From positions 2,489,308-2,553,307 of the forward strand of contig MU061578.1 in the NCBI GenBank assembly GCA_013265495.1: 64,000 nucleotides of DNA, in the 5' to 3' direction. The DNA is from Vicugna vicugna (taxonomy: Eukaryota). This document shows positions 12,422 to 23,459 of the stretch, piece by piece. The translations under genes and the position numbers were made by a program. Within the stretch, counting starts at the first letter, position 1; the number at the start of each line of letters is the position of its first letter. The notes under the pieces were generated by a model that had not been told where the DNA came from, did no database searches, and saw nothing but the letters and a program-made list of their open reading frames with translations.

Positions 12422-13099
12422 CAGAGACTCTCCCTTTCACTCGCCCCTCCCGACACACCAAATTCTTTCCATTCTCTTTGCCTCCAATGCTCTTCCCCCA
12501 CCTTTTTCCTACGTGAGAACTCAACTAAAACAGCATCATCCCTGAGCTCTCTATCTAAAGAAATCCCCCAAAGAGCAAAGGGGCAACAAAGCCCTCCCTC
12601 CTTCTGCATGAGAACTTAACCTTCAGTTAACTTCCTAGCACTGTCTCCCTGGTAACCTAATTAGCTGCGATGTCAATTCTATTACTAGTCAACATTACCT
12701 AGGGCATAACTGACCTCTCACTGGTACTTTGCATCTGGCCAGAGAAGAACTATAAATGGACTATCAGTACCTGGTGGGATACCATACTTTGGACGTCAAT
12801 TCTCTGTAATGAGATGCTCCTTGCAGAGTTCCCGAGATCTCCGCTTCTGGCACTGTGACAAGAGATACTGGCTTCTGTGATGTATGCAGCTTCTAAGCCA
12901 GGGCAGACCCACGCCTGCCCAAAGTGGAGTCTTCTCCTTGGACTGGAGCAACTCCACATGGACCGCTGAGGAAGATGAACACCTGGTGTTGCCCTAGCAG
13001 CCAACTGGGTTTCCCATCCTCCATCCTGCTAGAGTTTAGGATGCTAAGAGTGAACTGTGGTATTCTTGTGAGTCTGAACATTTAGTTGAATCTAGGAAG

Positions 13100-13340
13100 A
13101 CCCTTAGTTCACCTCCCTACTCCCATTATTCTCTCTCATATCACCTTGTTTTTCCTTTATGACACCTTTCACACTTAGTTTACTAATTACCTGTTTGTTT
13201 ATTGTCGGCCTGTCCCTAAAACTATGAACTTGATGAGGTCAAGGACTGTGTCCATTTTGCTCAGCATTGTAAACTGAGCACTTACTCTAATACCTGTCAC
13301 ATACTAGGAGACTGATAAACATTAGATGGATGGATGGGTG
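13100..13340 (+). mobile_element. L2 3' end
   Basis: ctatgaacttgatgaggtcaaggactgtgtccattttgctc...acatactaggag...gatggatgg. Confidence 0.7.
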
Positions 13341-13399
13341 GCTGGACAAAATTAGAAAATTAGAAAATTGCTAGAAAGTTGCAAGAGACAAAGTAAGAG

Positions 13400-14080
13400 G
13401 TAAACAGAATCCAAATTGCAGAAGACTTTATTTGAAATGCTCATGAGCAATGAATCACCCCAAGGACTTTGAAGAAATGCTGAAGAGTTTCAAGTAACAA
13501 AGTAAAAGTATATGGTTTACATTTCAGAAAGGTCTTCCTGGCAGCAGTGAGGGGTGGGGGAGGGGCAGGAGAGGTGAGAGACAAGGAAAAATTAGAGGAC
13601 TGTTATGGCTAACAGCCCTGGTGAAAGGCAGCAGGTTGGGGAGGATAAAATAGTCTCAGTAAATGTTTAAGAAGCAAAATCTGGAGCAGTAGGTGACCAA
13701 TTTAGACATAGGAGGCAGAAAATGGAGGAATCCAGAGTGACCATGGAACAGACATTTATTTGGGAGACTGGGCCCCCATGTAGTGATATTGACCTAGAGA
13801 GGGGCCCGGAAGGAGCGACTGGTCTGGGGGTGGGAGAGATGGTGAGTTTGATCTTAGACCTTGCAGAAGTGGTGTCAGCCAGACAGCTGGAGCCTGGAGA
13901 TAGGGAAGTTGGGTGTCAGCACGTAGGGAGGTAGTCGGGGCCCACAGGCACAAATGAACCCATCCAGAAAGTATGCGAAGTGATTTTAAAGGGCCAGAGA
14001 TAAAACTACGGTAGTCTTGTGCAGAAAGAAAAGGTAAAAAGAGGCGCTGAGAGGGATTCTACCTGGAGCTGGAGCAAAAT
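13400..14080 (-). mobile_element. L2 fragment
   Basis: tttacatttcagaaaggtcttcctggcagcagtg...gaggaatccagagtgacc, antisense L2. Confidence 0.6.
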
Positions 14081-14289
14081 GAGAGATGATGCTTGTCTTT
14101 GAAACCTCCTAACACTGTGCTTGTACATCTATCATGGAACTGACTTCTTTCCTAAATAATAGTCATTTCCATTTGTATCTTATCTCTCTAGAGTAGAGTA
14201 GAATCTTCGAGTGCTCTGAAGTCCTGCACATAGTAGGTCCTTAATAACCTCCCTGTATCTGAACTGTCCGAGAAAGTTGAGGGGAGGCA

Positions 14290-14660
14290 GGGGGGAGTCA
14301 CTAATTAGTTTCAATCCAGACTAATTGCCTTTTCAAATTCTCATATAAATCTGACTTTTAATAGGTTCTGAGAATCGATGTTTCATTATTTTTTGCCGCA
14401 GTGGAGTTTATCCCTGTTGATGGGTCATTACAAATCATCGCTGTCTGAGAAGTCCCCTTCCTATCTCTCATTTCCTGATCTTCCAGCAGGATATCTTTGT
14501 TCTTGAGAGTGAAGGGGGGAAAAAATTAAATGGGTCTTGGAAATTAACAGCCAGGACCAACCAGACCAGAGGAAGAGGCGCTTTGGTTTTCTCAAGGAGC
14601 CCACTCCAGACAGAATCCTACTGCTCAAGAGGAATAAATGGAAAACTCTATTTGGGGCTT
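14290..14660. promoter_or_regulatory. Candidate conserved non-coding element/enhancer
   Basis: Repeat-free; CTAATTAG at 14301, CTAATTG at 14321, further ATTA cores, retained CpGs. Confidence 0.35.
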
Positions 14661-14679
14661 CCATCAAACTGATATTTTC

Positions 14680-14860
14680 AGTATATATCTGCCATTTGTT
14701 GAGTGCCCACTCCATACCAGGCACTGGCCAAGCCATTTACGTGTGACCCCATTTGATCATCACAGCAATTCCAAGAGCTAAGGACTATGATCAGCCCAAT
14801 TTTCCAGATGGGGATACTGAGGCCCAGAGAAGAGGTTAAGGAGGCCATGGAGCTATCATG
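14680..14860 (-). mobile_element. MIR SINE
   Basis: cccaattttccagatggggatactgaggcccagagaagaggttaag. Confidence 0.8.
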
Positions 14861-15454
14861 CTTCACAGGCTTGCCTCAAAGCCTGTCCATACTTCCCCAA
14901 AGCAGGCTGGCGGGCATATCCGGTGTGTCTGTCTAGCTCTGAGTCACTGGGGCCCCAGAGGAGCCTACCTAGATGTCACAAGGGGTCCCAGGGCATCTTC
15001 TGCCCAAATGTCATCACAGAGTGACTATAGTGGCAAGTTTCCTCCTGACTGTGACCTCAGACAACAATCCTTTCTCTTTTTCCCTGTCACTGAGATTCCT
15101 CCATAGAACTATTTATGTATAGCCAAGCAAAACAGTGCACCCCTCAGAGCAAAGAAAGATCTGATGCCAAAGAAGCCCCTGCACAGTCCCCTGATTTTTA
15201 CTGCAGCAGGGTCTGAGCATGAAAGAACCATCAGAAGGGGAGCTCCAAGGTGGCTCGGATTCTCTCAGATCTCTACATGCCAAGGCGGAAGGAATCAATG
15301 AGCAATTAGCCTGCAGGTGATCCATCATCACCCATCTCACTGGAACCCTTCCTAAATCTCAGGGTCTGTGGATGTAACCAGGACTCAGAGCAGTGGGCTG
15401 GCCCCCGCATTACCCCACTTCCATTTTCCTTCCAGGATGAGAGTGCCAGGAGGG

Positions 15455-15680
15455 AGACAGCATAGAAGTTGCCATGGCTGGGAATGCAGCAGGTCCGGGT
15501 TCAAACCCTGTGTGAAACTGTAGGCATATCATCCCTCCTACCCAAGCCTCACCTTTCTCATCTGTACAGTGGGGTTAATTATAGCTCCTGCCTCCTCAGA
15601 TACAAGGAGCTACTGCATGGAGGGTACTTAGTGCTTAGTGAACAGTGAGAGACCTCAGCAAAGGTTAGCTGCTATTATTG
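15455..15680 (+). mobile_element. MIR SINE
   Basis: gggttcaaacc...gcctcacctttctcatctgtacagtgggg...ttagctgctattatt. Confidence 0.75.
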
Positions 15681-15799
15681 ATATCTTTACAGAGCTGATT
15701 GCAAGTACAGGGCTCTGCAAAGCTATAGGTAAATTGGGAGGGGAGATGTACAAAGCCTAGAGGTGGACATGTGCTCCTGTACCTCCAGTTCATATTAGA

Positions 15800-16355
15800 C
15801 TATGTAAGGAGCACAGAGCAGACTGGGGCCCAAATCCTGACTCTATCCCTCTGGATCTTGGGCAAGTTACTTAACCTCTCTGAGCCTCACAGAGTTTAGG
15901 GTCTAGTGTGAGAGAAAGGTAGACAAATAATCCCGCAAACAAATGTATAAACAGAAAATGAGATGTGTGCTCCTGGGAAGGAAGGCAGCATGATTCTGAA
16001 AGCACAATAACAGAGCAGCCTGCAGCGTACTGCCCAGATGAGGCGCAGCAGTGGGGGAGACTCCCCTGAGGAAGCTGAGATGAGTAGTAGTCACATAAAG
16101 AGGGCTGATGGAGGTCAGAGCATTTCAGGCAGAGGAACACGTGCAAAGGCCCTGTGGTGGGAAGACGATCTGGATGAGAGTTCCAAGCTGAAGTTGGAGA
16201 CGCAGGCAGCAGGCAGACCCTGCCAGCTTTAGAAATAAATGTCTTAGAGGGCAGAGATTTCTACCTGCTCTGCTCCTTGATTTAGCCCAGATGCCTAGAG
16301 CAATATAGTTCATGCTAGGCACATAGTTGGTGCTCAAAATATACTTGCTGAACTT
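15800..16355. mobile_element. Cluster of MIR (+) and L2 (- and +) fragments
   Basis: ttgggcaagttacttaacctctctgagcctca; gagcatttcaggcagaggaacacgtgcaaaggccctgtgg; ggcacatagttggtgctcaaaatatacttgctgaa. Confidence 0.75.
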
Positions 16356-17629
16356 ATAAAATGCAAGCTTATATAGTTTGTTTTTAGCAAGTCAGTCACT
16401 TAGGGGTGGATGCATCTTGTATCGAATCCTAGTCTAGGGTGGGCAATGCCAGAGGGAGGTCCAGGGTTCTAGACTTTCAAAGTCATGAGAGGCCACTGCC
16501 CAGGATCTTTAATCCAGCCTCCTGCCTGGGCCAAATGCACAGAAAACACAGGTGTGCCATGGCAGGTCTTAGAAAGTGAGAGGCTTTCTTTGTGAGGTAA
16601 TTTTTAGGGAAATTCTATGCTTAACAGCCCACGTAGGAGAGATGTTTATTTCCCAGCTGTTCATTATATTTCAATGAATAGCCCCATTTTGTGGTAAAAT
16701 GTCCCCAACACATCTAATTCAGGTCCTTTGCCTCTGGAACACACACAGCATTTTCCTTCTGTCTTTGGCCCAGTTTGGAGTGTGGGGTTGGGGAATGCCC
16801 TTGAGGACTTAAATTAGGGTCCAGTGAAGGTGGAGACATGCTGTCTGTGTCTAATATTATATCGTTCAGAGCTGAAGAAATGGAGGTTTAGTTCTCAGAA
16901 TCTCAGAATAGGCTGCCTCCTCCTGGCAACCTGAACATCTCCTAACTTAGGAACCTGAGGTCAAAGGGCATCTGCAGTCCGCTGTCTAGGAACTGGCCTC
17001 CCTCACACATTCACTGCCCATGGCTGTCATGTGGCCCCATGTGACCTCACTGCCAGCGTCAAACGACTGCATGGAGGCTGAGCCCTGACACAGAGGAAAC
17101 AAATCCACTGGATGATGGGCAACCAATCAGATTCACTCTGCACAGAATGAGTGGGAAGAGGCCATAGTATGAGTCAAAGGCAGATGAACTGAAAAGTCAT
17201 GTGGCAAAGGGTGGCGGCAGCCACGTCAGCCTTGTGCATCCTTGCCCTGTCAGACACAGAAGAGACTGAGCAGTGAGCAAAGCCAGCTCACCACCGGCTG
17301 AAGACAAAAAGGAGGGTGGATATGTTCTGAGAGAAGCTGATGCAAGACTGCACAACTCAAAGAGAGAAAAAGGCGCAGAGAAGGTAAGTCACAGACCTAA
17401 CGTCACACAGCTGTGCCCAAGCCTAACTCCAAGCTACTGAGTTCTTTTAACCGTACATACTACTCTCTTCAGGAGGGTGGCAGGACAAAACTTTTTTGGG
17501 GGGAAGATGATTTGGGGAAGGAGAAGCATTTGCAGAGTGAAAGGAGAATCTGCTGAGATCAGCCAAGAGGCTTGTACTATACTTGCTGCCTTACCTTCTT
17601 TGTTGCTGATGATGGTTTGTTTGGCTTGG

Positions 17630-17830
17630 GGTTTAGTCTTGACTGAGTGTTCATATGTGCCAGGAAATGTGTCAAAGGCTCACATCACTTATCCCAGTGA
17701 CCGCCCCCGCCCCCCACCAAGATGTCTATGCAGGACTTATTATTAATCCATGTTACAGACGATAAAGCCACTTCCTGCTAGAGCCAGGATGTGCACCCAG
17801 GTCTGTGTGCTGCCCAAGACCACACAGCTG
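17630..17830 (-). mobile_element. MIR SINE
   Basis: ttgactgagtgttcatatgtgccagga...tattaatccatgttacagac...cccaggtctgtgtg. Confidence 0.65.
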
Positions 17831-19039
17831 TCTGTGCGTGAGACTTCCATCAGGCTGAGCCCAGTGGTGAGACCAGAAAGGTTTCAGGAGATGAAGTGTC
17901 AGCTCACCCAGAGGACCATTTGGGGAGACAACCAGGGGTGCCCAACAGGCTAAAGAGCTGGAACCTTCCACAATTCTTAGAGACAGATGAGGACCCAACA
18001 GAGATTTCCAGTGATCGCTTCTAAGCATTTCCTGGATTTTTCTGTAACCACTACCACCTTCTATCTTTCCGTTCACATCCCATTTTGGATTTGAGTGTTT
18101 CGAGGCTGCTGAACCTTCTCTAATGCTTTGCCAACAGAAACCAGCAACCAGATCATCGTCCCTTTTACCTGACAAATGTCACCGCCTGGGTGTCAGTTAC
18201 TCAGCTTCTGTTGTCCCCTTAATGCAAATCATTAGTTGGAATTGTTACTTTTGTGGCAAAATTTGTCTTCCTTCATTCATCATTCATGTCTTATAAGGGC
18301 ACCGTACAATCCTGGCATCTCCAAGTTGGTCTTGCCCAGGGTATGAATTCATGTTCAAAAACTTTTACATCCATCAGCAAAAATCAATCTGATTGTTAAA
18401 GGACCTTTTACTTGTCTGAACAATAAAGATTCTTTAAGCTAAATGTTCTTTGTACTCCTCATATTCCCACTCAAAAAAAATGGAGGCAAGATGTTTGGGG
18501 AGCAGATTTAGCCATCCCACAGGAAGTACCAGAGAGGGTGATTCAGGCCTCAGGGCTCCGAGGAGGGAGACATCAGGAAAGCCCTTCATAAGGGCAACTT
18601 GAGGTGGGCTTTCAGAGAACAGGAGGGTGGCGTAAGCTGGTGCCTGGGGAGCAGGGGTTTTTATTTTTCGGATGACAGAACTTCCCTTGTTTAAAAGCAA
18701 TTTAGCATATAGTACTGGTCAAAGTGTTCCTCAATAAATAGTTCAGAAAATTTTAATGGAAATGGTCCAAACTAGCTGAATTAAGTGGATAAAGACATGT
18801 CACCCTGTCAATGTGAACACTGAATAACTACTGAGTTCAAAGCAGTCCCACCAGGGTTACTGAGACAATAACTGTAGAAATTGAAGGATGAGTGCAGGGC
18901 GGGTCATGGATAGTATTTCTCCATTTCTGACTGTCTCGATGTCAGGAAATCCAGAATTTGAGGAAATGCAGCTTCACAGCTGAGGAAAGGATTCGGGGTA
19001 GTTGTAAGGGACTGCATGTTCTGAATTCTTTCATTTCAC

Positions 19040-19780
19040 CAGTGAATCCTGACTGCCTACTAAGTATTAGACACCAGGCTGGTCCCAGGGACAACCATAA
19101 ATCAGAGCCATGATTCCCACCCTCAGGAGCTTACAGTCGGTGGAGATGTGTGTAGCAAAGAGGAAGTACTGCATGTTCTGAGCACTCATAACACAAAGAC
19201 ACGGGAGCCAGGGGAGGGGGAGCCAGGGGTGAGGCACTTCCATCAAATACCATGTCCTTTTGATCCTCATTCCTAAATTTTTGCTATGTGAGTCCCCTTC
19301 TTGACACCTCCCCTGCTGTCACTCTAGTCTAAACCACCAAGTCACTCTCTTGGACTACTGTAACAGCTTCCTAAAGAGTTTCCTGGAATCCACCCTGGAT
19401 CCCCCCACACAGCTACCAGAGTAACCCAGAGGGGTCTTCAAGGTGTAAGTCTGATCATCCATCCTGGCCCAGATAAAGCCCACCCACCAGAAGAAAGAGG
19501 AAAGGAGGAGGGTAGAGGAGGAGGCAGGGTACTTCCCCCAGAGCTAGCCCTGCATTGCTCAGACCTTCCTAGTGTGATTTTGGGCAAGTATCTTCAGCTT
19601 CACTTTCCTCAGCTACAAACCAGGGCTACTCACAGCACAGGCTGAGCTAAACAAAATTGCTGATATTCAGCTCTTTCTGACCTACAAGAGTAGCCATTCC
19701 ATGTGGTTCAACCTAACGCCCCTGTCGTGGGGCTACTGTGAAGTGAAGTGAGTTTAGCACAGCTCCTGGCACACAGGAAT
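19040..19780. mobile_element. L2 and MIR fragments
   Basis: cccaccctcaggagcttacagtc; ctcttggactactgtaacagcttcctaa; gtgtgattttgggcaagtatcttc. Confidence 0.65.
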
Positions 19781-19999
19781 GCTCCCTGTACAGGGCCTGT
19801 CATTACCTCCTGGTTCCTCCCTCTGCTCAGTCCCACCTTCTCGCTTTGCAGAAACTCCCCTGGCTGTTTTGTGCGGCCAGGGTGCTAGCTCCAGGGACAT
19901 CTGGGTTGGGGGGAGCCCAGTGCCCTCCTTCTCCCCTTGTTACAGCCCATCAGCGGAGTGATCTTTATTTCTGGCCAGTTCTGCAGAGCTGACATCTGC

Positions 20000-20272
20000 C
20001 TAGCACAGAGGAAAATTGTTTCTGCCACATCCTCCAATAAGAATGATCTTCTTCATGCTCCGTTTGTCTACAACTGTCTTTCCGATCATACTCGCTGTTA
20101 GCACACGGTCTACATGCTTGAAATTCAGCCCTAGGAACTGGGTGAAATTTATGATCCACTGACTACCAAAGCTCCAAGCCATCAGATTTGAATATAAATG
20201 TTGGAATGAGGTCATCAGAAGCCACAGGTAGCAAGACAGCCAATCTGCAGGTCTGCCATGGCGGAAATCCAT
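20000..20272 (-). CDS. Hypothetical 90-aa small ORF in unique sequence (unverified)
   Basis: AGT-ATG-G Kozak context, not in a recognisable repeat, minus-strand AATAAA at 19969-19964; no recognised homologue. Confidence 0.12.
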   Translation of the reverse strand: MDFRHGRPADWLSCYLWLLMTSFQHLYSNLMAWSFGSQWIINFTQFLGLNFKHVDRVLTASMIGKTVVDKRSMKKIILIGGCGRNNFPLC

Positions 20273-20274
20273 AC

Positions 20275-20620
20275 TTTAATCTGCTACCAATTAAAAACGT
20301 TGACTGGACAACCTATGTTAATTAATAGAACACAGAAGTTTTCCCAGCCTAGCCTTTTATTTTGAGATTATAATTTCTGATGAAGTTTCAAATGCCTCGG
20401 TGTCACTATTAACGTCAGCGTTTTCCCAACCACGCTCTGCTCAAACAGAACAATTCATTAGTGCTAAAACCAATTTACTGGAATGGGCTGAAAATCGCCT
20501 CGGTTCTCTCTATTAATGTATTACAAGATGAAATATTTCATGAGCCGCTGGTTGACACGCTTGACACTTCCTCTCATACTGCTTAGCTCACTCAAGGTGG
20601 AAAATCTCCATTCAGCAAAT
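20275..20620. promoter_or_regulatory. Candidate conserved non-coding element/enhancer
   Basis: Repeat-free; dense TAAT/ATTA (tgttaattaat, caattcattag, tattaatgtatta); tandem TTGACAC at 20552 and 20561; retained CpGs. Confidence 0.4.
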
Positions 20621-20829
20621 GAGATGCCAGGGACAAGCTAAGGAAAAAAAAAACCCAAGCCCTTAAAGATGGTTTACTGCTCTTCAAGATAGAGATAGTC
20701 CTCATCTATGTTTTCTAATGAACTTACCTTTCGAATGATAATCCTCAAGATAAATGAAGTCGTCAAAGCAAAATACTGAAGGTGGTGCCTGACCTAGAGT
20801 CAACACTAAATAAACATTAGCTACTATTT

Positions 20830-21480
20830 GAGGGAGGCATGAAGGTTAGAGGGGTTAGGATCACAGGTGGCAGGTCACGTGATGAAGTCAAACCCCATCC
20901 CTGCCTTTTCTTAGTTTGTGTGACCTAAGGCTTAGAGCAAACCTCTCTAAACACGAGTTTGGGTTCTTCCCAACCCTAAAATGGGCATTAGTCTAGTCTA
21001 TTATTTGACTCATTTCCTGAAGCTGCTCTAACAGGTTATCACACACTGGGTGGCTTACAACAATACAATTTACTCTTGTGCTCAGGTCCCTCTAAAAGCT
21101 CTAGAAGAGAATCCCTCTTGGCCTCTTCCAGCTTCTGGGGGAAGGGTCCTGGTGTCCCTTGGATTGTGGCCTTGTCAGTCCAATCTCTGCCTCAGTCTGT
21201 GTATCTCCCCTTCTCATAAGGACATCAGTCATTGGGTTTAGGGCCCACTCTAAATCCAGGAAGATTTCCTCTCTAAATCATTAATAATGACCTGCAAAGA
21301 CCCTATTTCCAAATAAGGTCATATTCTAAGGTTCCAGGTGGATACAAATGGGGAGGGGAGACACTATTCAACCCACTATCGGGGTATGATAGTACAGGCT
21401 TTGTAGATGGCAGGGAGATCAAATGAGAAACTTGCTCATAAGGTATTCGGCCAGGAGCTTAGGGCTCAGTAAAAGGAGCT
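20830..21480 (+). mobile_element. MIR split by an MLT1 LTR
   Basis: tgtgtgacctaagg...aacctctct...taaaatggg before ~21000; resumes gatagtac...agatcaaatgaga after 21381. Confidence 0.55.
21010..21380 (-). mobile_element. MaLR LTR, MLT1B/C-like (internally deleted)
   Basis: ataaggacatcagtcattgggtttagggcccac...ctgcaaagaccctatttccaaataaggtcatattct...acactattcaacccacta. Confidence 0.85.
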
Positions 21481-21532
21481 AGAAATAGGCACAGCTAATC
21501 TAATTTACACTCCCCAAGGCTGCTTGGTTTTA

Positions 21533-21638
21533 TTTTATTTTTTATTTATTTATTTTTTTACATTTTTATTGATTCATAATCATTTTACAGTGTTGTGTCA
21601 AATTCCAGTGTTCAGTACAATTTTTCAGTCATACATGG
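21533..21638 (-). mobile_element. Young, extremely 5'-truncated L1 3' end (camelid-like family)
   Basis: Antisense catgtatgactgaaaaattgtactgaacactggaatttgacacaacactgtaaaatg + A-rich tail; perfect 12-bp TSD tgcttggtttta at 21521-21532 and 21639-21650. Confidence 0.9.
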
Positions 21639-21899
21639 TGCTTGGTTTTAAAGAGCTGCACATTCTCCTGCAAGCACAGCAGTCAGCGCTTCCCTTGGTT
21701 ACTTGGTTTTTTCTCTTCCCACCACCACACTCAGTTTGGATTATTATCAATACATCAACAGTTTGCTGAGTCATCTCCTCTGAATGCCTTGTAATTCTCC
21801 CCGCAGATATCAAAGGGGGCTTTCCTATATGCAGATAAGATCAAGCACTCCTGGGACCTTCCCTGTGGAATGTCCATCCCTTCCTGGCTACCCTGAGCC

Positions 21900-22290
21900 C
21901 TCAAGAGAGAATCCAAGCTCTCTTGGCCTCAGGGTCTGACCCCGCCTCCCTCTCCAGCTCCAGCTTCACCTTCAGTTCCCTTCTTGAATGTGTCCCCATT
22001 AAGTCATACTCTACTTTCCAGGCTCAGATAAGGTATCGCCTCCTCCAGGAAGCCTTTCAGGTTTGAGTTAAGTACCTTATTGTGTATTCCCTGCCTACCT
22101 CTATCAAAACCTCTCTTTCTCTGTAGTGTAATTGCTCGATTACATGTCTATCTCCTTGGCCATAGGAAGAGTTTCTTAAGGTCAAGGATGGTGTCTTACT
22201 CACCATTGTGTAACCACAGCACCAAACCTAGAGCCTGGCCCATTGTGGAAAATCCAATGGACAAAAGAACCAGCAAATGAATCCTCCCTC
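21900..22290 (+). mobile_element. L2 3' region
   Basis: cgcctcctccaggaagcctttc...ttaaggtcaaggatggtgtcttactcacc...agagcctggc. Confidence 0.7.
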
Positions 22291-22779
22291 ACAGCTCTAG
22301 TTACAAGAATCTGATAAATAGGAGATTGAAACGGTGCATGTCATTTAATTAGGGACCCACTTTCTGATTTTCTTGTGACTCTGGGCACAGCCAGAATAGT
22401 CCAAACAACATTATTCAAGGCCAGAATGATGGCCCAAGTCAAGGCATCATAATCCTGGAAACAAGACTTGAATATTCACATTCAACTTGTTCTTGAAAGG
22501 CTACATGCATACATGCACACAGAAGAAACAAAGAGGTGTTTGCTGCTTGGGAGGAGTTATGACAAAATGAGTTGGGGAAATCGTGATTCCAACCAGCTGC
22601 ATGACCCTTGAAAAATCACTTAACCGCTCTGGGCCTCAACAGCCTCAACTGTTAAACAGGTGGGTTAGTCTAGAAGACTGACTCATAAACATCTCATTTT
22701 GTTTCTTTGAAATTCAAATCACTGCCCTTGAATTCATCCCCACCACCCACCACCAACAACCACATTTTTTTAAACCTAT

Positions 22780-23019
22780 GCTCAGCTTCCTTGAAAGGAA
22801 ATCCATTTGTCATGTGATTCCTGGCCAGGTGGAGCATGGCCTCCAGCCAATCCTGCTGCTAAATCGTAATCTTCAGAACTTCGAAGGGGTAAAATATTGA
22901 CTGTTTACCCAGAGCCATGGAGAGTTCCAATTTGGCCTCAGCCAAAAAGCTCTTGAAAAAATTGAACATTGTATATTCTCTAAACTCCCATGTAAGTCAG
23001 AAAAACTCTGGAGACCCTG
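22780..23019 (-). mobile_element. Probable hAT-type DNA transposon end
   Basis: Minus strand begins CAGGGTCTCCAGAG, a hAT-like terminal sequence; family not identified. Confidence 0.3.
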
Positions 23020-23459
23020 GTTCTTATAGAGCAAAGTTAAAATAACTCAGTTGAAAAATTTTTCAACTAAACACAAGATAATCCTTATCTCTGTAGCTTT
23101 ATCTGTGTTCTCCAATATTTGGCAAAGAATTCTTTCTACAGCACTAGTCTAGGTTGAAGGGCACGTGTCCTCCAAGGAACCTGAATGGGAGTATGCAATG
23201 GAGAGGGGATTTTGTGCTGAAACCAAAGCTAGGCCAAAGAACCAAAGATCCCAGAATTACAAGTGCTGTGGGAACCCCACACATGATGGCTGTACAGTTT
23301 CCAAGTGGTCTTATTGTACATTATTCCACTGATACAGTCAAACTTATATCTAACATGACATTCACTCTAGGAAGATAAATCATCCTGAATTTTTTATCAT
23401 CTCCCCATATTATTAAACCTATCTGAATACTATCAAATAGTGGTAATGGCCAAACTAAT

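Noticed and set aside
12740..13080. Unique-looking block with TATAAA, possible ancient LTR or promoter
   Set aside because: No termini, TSD or polyA signal identifiable.
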